DNA of 32,000 nt from positions 3,090,001-3,122,000 of the forward strand of contig OW818675.1 in assembly GCA_942493095.1 (NCBI GenBank). The letters are read 5' to 3'. This document shows positions 26,594 through 32,000 of the stretch, piece after piece. The DNA is from Candidatus Electronema halotolerans. GTDB lineage: Bacteria > Desulfobacterota > Desulfobulbia > Desulfobulbales > Desulfobulbaceae. The notes beneath the pieces are model-generated. The model saw nothing but the letters and a program-made list of their open reading frames with translations. It made no database searches and had not been told where the DNA came from. Position 1 is the first letter of the stretch. Each line of letters starts with the position of its first letter. The translations under genes and the position numbers were made by a program.

Positions 26594-27373
26594 TTATCTC
26601 TTCAAGAGCGAAGAGTAAAGATTCTTGGTTGACAAGGCCACCAAGGCTGTGCCGACAATAATAACCACGGACAGGGCATTGATGGTTGGTGAGACACCAA
26701 AACGAATCATGGAAAAGATATGCAAGGGCAAGGTTGAGGAACCTGGCCCGGCGACAAAAAAGGTGATGACAAAGTCCTCCAGCGAGAGCGTTATTGCCAG
26801 CAGCAGCCCGGCAATAATGCCTGGCATGGAGATTGGTAAAATCACCCGCAGGAGCATATCCAGCTCTGTGGCTCCCAGATCATAAGCTGCTTCAACAATG
26901 GAAAAATCAAACTCCTCCAACCGGGCCATGACCGTCATCAGGACAAAGGGAATGTTAAAGGTGACATGGGCGAGAAAGACCGTAAACAAACTGAGATTGA
27001 GACCGATCTTGTTGAAGAAGATGAGAATGGAAACGCCGATGATGATTTCCGGCAGGATGACCGGAAAAAAGGTCAGGGTCTGAATTGCCTTTTTCATCCT
27101 GAAGCTGTACCAGCAGAGGCCGATTGCTCCCAAAGTGCCAATCACAGTTGCTACTGCCGAAGAACTTATGGCTACAATAATACTGTTCCAGAAGCTGTGC
27201 CAGAGCGGCCCGGAATTGTAGAACAGCTCATGATACCATTTGAGGGAAAAGCCTTCCCAGCGCATGGACTTGGAGCTGTTGAACGACGTGATGACCAAAA
27301 TGGCCAGCGGGATATGCAGAAATAAGGTGACAAAGAGGAAAACACCAAAGGAGAATTTGCCCGGCTTGTTCAT
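26594..27373 (-). CDS. potC: Spermidine/putrescine ABC transporter permease
   Basis: 259 aa; hydrophobic, EAAYDLGATELDMLLRVILPISMPGIIAGLLLAITLSLEDFVITFFVAGPGSSTLPLHIFSMIRFGVSPTINALS. Confidence 0.93.
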   Translation of the reverse strand: MNKPGKFSFGVFLFVTLFLHIPLAILVITSFNSSKSMRWEGFSLKWYHELFYNSGPLWHSFWNSIIVAISSSAVATVIGTLGAIGLCWYSFRMKKAIQTLTFFPVILPEIIIGVSILIFFNKIGLNLSLFTVFLAHVTFNIPFVLMTVMARLEEFDFSIVEAAYDLGATELDMLLRVILPISMPGIIAGLLLAITLSLEDFVITFFVAGPGSSTLPLHIFSMIRFGVSPTINALSVVIIVGTALVALSTKNLYSSLLKR

Positions 27374-28206
27374 CGGCTGCTCTCCTTTTTGTTCTGCGAG
27401 CGCATGAAAAAGAGCACTGCCAGCATGGTCACTGAAGTCAGAACTACGGACATGGACGAGGCCAGCGGCCAGTTGCGGGTGATGTTCAGCTCGCGTTCAA
27501 TCAGATTGCCCAGCATCCAACTGCTTGTGCCGCCGACCAACTTGGGCACAGCAAAATTGCCGAATGTCGGAATGAACGTGAAGAGCACTGCCGTGGTGAT
27601 GCCGCTGCGAATATTGGGAATCATGATCTTCCACAAGGCAACAGTCTTGGATGCGCCTAAATCCATTGCCGCCTCAATCAGTGAGAAGTCAAATTTCTCA
27701 ATGGTTGAATAGAGCGGAAAAATGGCGAAAGGAATGGTGGTATAGACAATCACCAGAATAATGGCCCCGCGATTGTAGAGAAACTGCACCGGACTGTCTG
27801 TCAAACCCGCGCCCATGAGAAAGCTGTTGATCAGGCCGTTGCTGCCGAGAATGGCAATCCAGGCATAAATGCGGATGAGAAAATTGGTCCAGAATGGGAT
27901 GATGATCAGCATCAGGAGCAGATTTTTCACCGGACTGCGGGCTATGTAATAAGCTGTCGGCAAGGCCAGCGCAACCATCATTGCGGTGGAGAGCACGGCA
28001 ATGATGATGGTGTTGAGCAGCACCTTGAGCACTGCGGTGTTGAAGAGCGAGCGGTAGGCGGCAAGGGAAAGATGCGGCTCCACGCCGCCGTACAAGCCTT
28101 TTTCCAGGAAACTGTAGCTCAGGGTGATGAGCAGGGGCACGGACAGGAAGGCGCAGAGCCAGAAGGCAACCGGCCCGACATAGATTGGCCCGTAATTCTT
28201 GCGCAT
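27370..28206 (-). CDS. potB: Spermidine/putrescine ABC transporter permease
   Basis: 278 aa; FDFSLIEAAMDLGASKTVALWKIMIPNIRSGITTAVLFTFIPTFGNFAVPKLVGGTSSWMLGNLIE. Confidence 0.93.
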   Translation of the reverse strand: MRKNYGPIYVGPVAFWLCAFLSVPLLITLSYSFLEKGLYGGVEPHLSLAAYRSLFNTAVLKVLLNTIIIAVLSTAMMVALALPTAYYIARSPVKNLLLMLIIIPFWTNFLIRIYAWIAILGSNGLINSFLMGAGLTDSPVQFLYNRGAIILVIVYTTIPFAIFPLYSTIEKFDFSLIEAAMDLGASKTVALWKIMIPNIRSGITTAVLFTFIPTFGNFAVPKLVGGTSSWMLGNLIERELNITRNWPLASSMSVVLTSVTMLAVLFFMRSQNKKESSR

Positions 28207-29319
28207 TTACTTGCTGACCTCCACCATGAAGCTGTCTTTGCTGTTCCACCAGAGGCAGACCTTGTCTTTCCAAGTTATTGGCTTTTCGTCCATGAAATAC
28301 TGGACATGCTGGCGGAACACAATCAGCGGCTCTTTGTTTTGACTGACCCGGATGAAATATTTGGTCTGAAAGCCGGTGTAGATCATATCCTCAACTGTGC
28401 CGTGGAGGACATTGACATCCGGCGGCAGCTTGTCCGGCTTTTGCGGGGCAATGCGGATTTTCTCAGGCCGCACCGTCAGAGCAACCTTGCTGCCCGGCTG
28501 CACTTTCTTGTCCAAATAGATGCTGAAGCTGCCATAGTCAGGCGACTCGAAAAGCGCATGCTCCTCGTCAGTCAGAGCCGCAACCGTGCCGTGCAGGTAA
28601 TTGGTCTCGCCGATGAAGCGTGCGACAAATTCGTTGGCCGGGCTTTCATAAATCTCAGCCGGGCTGCCGATCTGCTGAATTTCTCCTTTGTTCAGCACAC
28701 AGACCTGATCCGAGACGCTCAGGGCCTCGGCCTGATCATGGGTGACGTAAATAAAGGTGATGCCGACTTTGTCATGAATCGCATCCAGCTCCAGCAGCAT
28801 GTGCTGGCGCAGCTTGGCATCCAAGGCCGAGAGCGGTTCGTCCAAGAGCAGGACACGCGGCTGGTTGATCAGGGCGCGGGCAATGGCCACCCGCTGCTTC
28901 TGGCCGCCAGAAAGCTGGCGCGGATATTTCTTGCTCTCGGTTTCCATGCGGACGAGTTCAAGATTTTCCTGCACCGCTTTTTTGATACCCGCTGCGGCAG
29001 TTTTCTTCAGTCGCAAAGGAAACGCGACATTCTCGAAAACAGTGAGATGGGGAAAAAGGGCGTAATTCTGGAAGATGGTGTTGACATGCCGTTTATTGGG
29101 CGGCAAAGAGAGAATGCTCACGCCATCAAAACAGACATCGCCTTGACTTGGCGTTTCAAAGCCGCCAATGATGCGCAGCAGCGTGGTTTTTCCGCAGCCG
29201 GAAGGGCCGAGCAGCGAATAAAAACCGCCGTTGGCAATGGTTAATGAGGCGTTTTGCAGAGCAAAAAAATCCCCGAAACTCTTGGACACATTTTCAACAG
29301 TAACCTGACTGCTTTTCAC
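28207..29319 (-). CDS. potA: Spermidine/putrescine ABC transporter ATP-binding protein
   Basis: [52 protein letters not shown]-terminal TOBE-like region. Track ORF starts at 29577, but homology-like sequence begins at [21 protein letters not shown], consistent with a GTG start at 29319. Confidence 0.93.
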   Translation of the reverse strand: MKSSQVTVENVSKSFGDFFALQNASLTIANGGFYSLLGPSGCGKTTLLRIIGGFETPSQGDVCFDGVSILSLPPNKRHVNTIFQNYALFPHLTVFENVAFPLRLKKTAAAGIKKAVQENLELVRMETESKKYPRQLSGGQKQRVAIARALINQPRVLLLDEPLSALDAKLRQHMLLELDAIHDKVGITFIYVTHDQAEALSVSDQVCVLNKGEIQQIGSPAEIYESPANEFVARFIGETNYLHGTVAALTDEEHALFESPDYGSFSIYLDKKVQPGSKVALTVRPEKIRIAPQKPDKLPPDVNVLHGTVEDMIYTGFQTKYFIRVSQNKEPLIVFRQHVQYFMDEKPITWKDKVCLWWNSKDSFMVEVSK

Positions 29320-29710
29320 AGTATCAACCCGCTGCTGATGAAATCCCTCCCCTGCCCGCCTCATGCTGGCAGGGGGTATTTCTTTGCTGAAAAAAGTGCA
29401 ATTTTGCCTTATTGCAAGAGCTTTTCGGCGCAAACGGAAAAATACCCTGCCTGCTGGCACTATGTCAAGACAAAAGCATCGGCTGCGGCAGCAGTTGTCC
29501 AATGGTGCCGGAAAAGTGACTGAGTCAGGCTGCATAAGGCATGAGACGCAGTCCGCAGCTATTGGAGCAATTTCCAAATGCCCAAGGCACTCGCAAGCCG
29601 AGCTTGTTGCCGAGCAGTATAGGTGGTATTATAGGCACCTGCCAATTTTTTCAACCCGGCGGCAGTTGCGCCTGCATCTTGAATTCACGAAAAATCAGCT
29701 GAGAGAGCAG

Positions 29711-30481
29711 ATGCCCCAATCCAGTCAGCAAAACCGCATTCTCGCCAATGACCGTCTGAGCGCAGATGTTTTCCGGCTCACGGTTCATGCGCCGGAGCTG
29801 GCCGCTGTGGCCGCGCCAGGCCAGTTTGTCATGGTAAGGACAGCGGAAAGCCTTGATCCGCTCCTGCGGCGGCCCTTTTCTATCCATAGCCGGAACGCAG
29901 ACGGCAGCCTCAGCCTACTTTTCAAGGTGGTCGGCAAGGGCACGGCTTTGCTTGCCAAAGTCAAGGTTGGCGATTCGCTCGACCTGCTGGGGCCGCTGGG
30001 CCGGGGCTTTGATTTGACTGCTGCTGATCAGCCAGTCTGTCTGATTGGCGGCGGCATGGGCATTGCTCCGCTGCTCTTTCTTGCCCAGGAGCTGCGCGGG
30101 CCAAAATACGCCCTGCTCGGTGCGAGAAATCAGGAGGAGCTGGCCCCGTTGGCAAAACTGTTCGCTGAAATTGGCTGCGCTGTCCAGCTTGCCACGGACG
30201 ACGGCAGCCTTGGTCATCACGGTTTTATTCCCGATTTGCTGGAGGCAGTGCTGCCGGAGGTGCAACAAGTCTGCACCTGCGGCCCCAGCCTGATGATGCG
30301 CAGCGTGGTCAGCATAAGCCGTCAGGCCGGAACGTCCTGCCAAGTCTCGGTGGAAACTGCTATGGCCTGCGGTATGGGGGCCTGTCTTGGCTGCGTCATG
30401 CCGGGCGCGGATGGGCGGCAGGTGCATGTCTGCACGGACGGCCCGGTCTTCAAGGCGGAGGAACTGGCATGGCAGCTTTGA
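29711..30481 (+). CDS. pyrK: Dihydroorotate dehydrogenase B, electron-transfer subunit
   Basis: FVMVRTAESLDPLLRRPFSIHSRN, VCLIGGGMGIAPLLFLAQEL, CTCGPSLMMRSV, ETAMACGMGACLGCVMPG...HVCTDGPVF (2Fe-2S ligands). Track ORF starts at 29363; likely ATG is at 29711 (MPQSSQQNRILANDRLSADVFRL). Confidence 0.93.
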   Translation: MPQSSQQNRILANDRLSADVFRLTVHAPELAAVAAPGQFVMVRTAESLDPLLRRPFSIHSRNADGSLSLLFKVVGKGTALLAKVKVGDSLDLLGPLGRGFDLTAADQPVCLIGGGMGIAPLLFLAQELRGPKYALLGARNQEELAPLAKLFAEIGCAVQLATDDGSLGHHGFIPDLLEAVLPEVQQVCTCGPSLMMRSVVSISRQAGTSCQVSVETAMACGMGACLGCVMPGADGRQVHVCTDGPVFKAEELAWQL

Positions 30482-31401
30482 AACCTGACATGCGGGTCAA
30501 GCTCGGCCCGCTGGACTTGCAAAATCCGGTGCTGACCGCCTCTGGCACCTTTGGTTATGCCAAGGAATTTGAGCCGTTCGTCAATCTGAACCGGCTCGGC
30601 GGCATCATTGTCAAAGGCATTTCCTTGGAGCCAAGACCCGGCAATCCACCGCCGCGCATTGTCGAGACGGCCTGCGGAATGCTCAACGCCATCGGCTTGG
30701 AGAATGTCGGGGTTGACCGCTTCATCAGCGAAAAAATGCCCTATCTGCGAACACTGACCGCACCGCTGCTTGTCAATATTCTTGGCGATTCGCTTGATGA
30801 CTACCGCGAGCTGGCCCGCCGATTGGACGAAGTGCCGGGAATCAGTGCGCTTGAGGTCAACATATCTTGTCCAAATGTGAAAAAAGGCGGAGCAGCCTTT
30901 GGCGCATCGCCGGAGATGGCGGCAGCCGTGACAGCGGCAGTGCGCAAGGCTGCCCGGCTGCCGGTCATTGTCAAGCTCTCGCCTAATGTTACGGACATCA
31001 CCGTGATGGCAAAAGCGGTTGAAGATGCGGGCGCAGATGCGCTCTCGCTGATCAACACCCTGATCGGCATGGCCATTAACGCGAAGACGCGGAAGCCGCG
31101 CTTGGCAAATATCATCGGCGGATTGTCCGGCCCGGCGATTAAGCCGATTGCTTTGCGCATGGTCTGGCAGACGGCGCAGGCGGTTTCCATTCCGGTGATC
31201 GGCATTGGCGGCATCAGCACGGCAGAGGATGCGGTTGAATTTCTCCTCGCCGGGGCCAGCGCGGTGCAGGTCGGCACAGCCAATTTTTACGATCCCTCGG
31301 CAGCAGAAAAGATCGTCACTGGTTTGGAAGCGTATCTGCAAGAGCAGGGCGAGGAACGGATCAGCAATCTCATCGGCGCGTTGGATACGGGGAAGGACTG
31401 A
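30469..31401 (+). CDS. pyrD: Dihydroorotate dehydrogenase B, catalytic subunit
   Basis: 310 aa; MRVKLGPLDLQNPVLTASGTFGYAKEF, GIVKGISLEPRPGNPPPRIVETACGMLNAIGLENVGVDRF, LEVNISCPNVKKGG, PVIGIGGISTAEDAVEFLLAGASAVQVGTANF. Confidence 0.96.
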   Translation: MAALKPDMRVKLGPLDLQNPVLTASGTFGYAKEFEPFVNLNRLGGIIVKGISLEPRPGNPPPRIVETACGMLNAIGLENVGVDRFISEKMPYLRTLTAPLLVNILGDSLDDYRELARRLDEVPGISALEVNISCPNVKKGGAAFGASPEMAAAVTAAVRKAARLPVIVKLSPNVTDITVMAKAVEDAGADALSLINTLIGMAINAKTRKPRLANIIGGLSGPAIKPIALRMVWQTAQAVSIPVIGIGGISTAEDAVEFLLAGASAVQVGTANFYDPSAAEKIVTGLEAYLQEQGEERISNLIGALDTGKD

Positions 31402-31491
31402 TGGAAGCAGGCAGGATTCGTCGTTCCATCGCTGGGGCATTTTTTTCACAACCAAGAGGAGGTATGTCATGCACGAGCACCGCACGGAACG

Positions 31492-31519
31492 GTAGGGGCG
31501 AAAAATTTTTCGCCCCTAC
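31492..31519. repeat. 28-bp perfect palindrome GTAGGGGCGAAAAA|TTTTTCGCCCCTAC
   Basis: Direct reading of the sequence; 14-nt arms with no spacer, in the pyrD-aroD intergenic region. Confidence 0.9.
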
Positions 31520-31536
31520 AAATGACAATGATAACA

Positions 31537-32000
31537 ATGAATACAATGGAATTAGGAAAAATTTGCGTTTCCCTGACTGGAGCAGATGCGGCGGCAATAC
31601 AAGAGCAGGCACAGCAGGTGCTGGATTCAGCCGACGTGCTGGAAATCCGCCTCGACTACATGACCGCGCCGGAGCCGGAAAAATGCTGTTCCCTCCTGCG
31701 CCAGCCGCTGCTTTTCACCAACAGGCCGCTCTGGGAAGGCGGCAGGTTTGCCGGAAGCGAGGAGGAGCGGCTTGAACCGCTGCTGGAGGCGGTGCGGCTG
31801 CGGGCGGAGTATGTTGATCTGGAGCTGCGGGCTGCTCTGCACAGCCGTCATTGCTTATTGGAGGCTATAGAGGGCAGCCCGACCAAGCTGATTCTCTCGT
31901 GGCATGACTTTAAGGAGACTCCGTCCGCAGCCGAGCTGACCAACCTGCTCCATCAGATGATTGCCAGCGGCGCGCATGTCGGCAAGATTGTCACCACGGC
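31537..32000 (+). CDS. aroD: Type I 3-dehydroquinate dehydratase, 3' end off the window
   Basis: Open frame MNTMELGKICVSLTGADAAAIQEQAQQVLDSADVLEIRLDYM...LLFTNRPLWEGGRFAGSEEERLEPLLEAVRLRAEYVDLEL...LILSWHDFKETPSAAELTNLLHQMIASGAHVGKIVTT. In-frame ATGs also at 31522 and 31528. Confidence 0.85.
   Translation, partial: MNTMELGKICVSLTGADAAAIQEQAQQVLDSADVLEIRLDYMTAPEPEKCCSLLRQPLLFTNRPLWEGGRFAGSEEERLEPLLEAVRLRAEYVDLELRAALHSRHCLLEAIEGSPTKLILSWHDFKETPSAAELTNLLHQMIASGAHVGKIVTT

Noticed and set aside
28072-29244. 390-aa plus-strand ORF antisense to potA
   Set aside because: Low-complexity, His/Arg-rich shadow of a well-supported ABC ATPase gene; no recognisable domain.
28207-29577. Full-length ORF start of potA at 29577
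   Set aside because: The first 86 codons do not resemble any ABC ATPase N-terminus and would place the start far into the pyrK upstream region; the GTG at 29319 fits better.
29363-29710. N-terminal extension of the pyrK ORF
   Set aside because: Extension sequence is Arg/Gln-rich and family-unlike; PyrK similarity begins at the ATG at 29711.
30322-31485. 387-aa minus-strand ORF antisense to pyrK/pyrD
   Set aside because: Antisense shadow of pyrD, which has clear family motifs.

Overview
The window is a bacterial chromosomal segment. The gene mix resembles a Desulfobacterota-type genome, but that is a weak inference. Core genes flank an accessory stretch.

Left side, mostly minus strand:
- partial UDP-glucose/GDP-mannose-type dehydrogenase
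- metal-dependent hydrolase-like protein (plus strand)
- YggS-type PLP protein
- ManC-type mannose-1-P guanylyltransferase/isomerase
- HEAGH membrane protein
- GreA
- DegT/DnrJ aminotransferase
- RpoH/RpoD-like sigma factor
- LepA/EF4 (plus strand)

Right side:
- potABCD-like polyamine ABC operon (minus strand)
- pyrK-pyrD (plus strand)
- start of a type I 3-dehydroquinate dehydratase

Accessory core, about 9.5-25.4 kb. The main item is a large CHAT (caspase-like) + P-loop STAND-type NTPase + alpha-helical C-terminal protein gene, reconstructed at about 1091 aa. It is broken by two IS insertions: an IS4-family element (10178..11457, 10-bp target duplication ATATCGAGAT) and an IS66-family element (12937..14422, 8-bp target duplication CTTTGCCC). 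Removing both elements and one copy of each duplication restores a single continuous reading frame. A small ORF built of nine 21-bp/7-aa units follows immediately, then a truncated PAS-domain ORF and an 8.7-kb cyclic beta-1,2-glucan synthase gene. I saw no CRISPR array, tRNA or rRNA.
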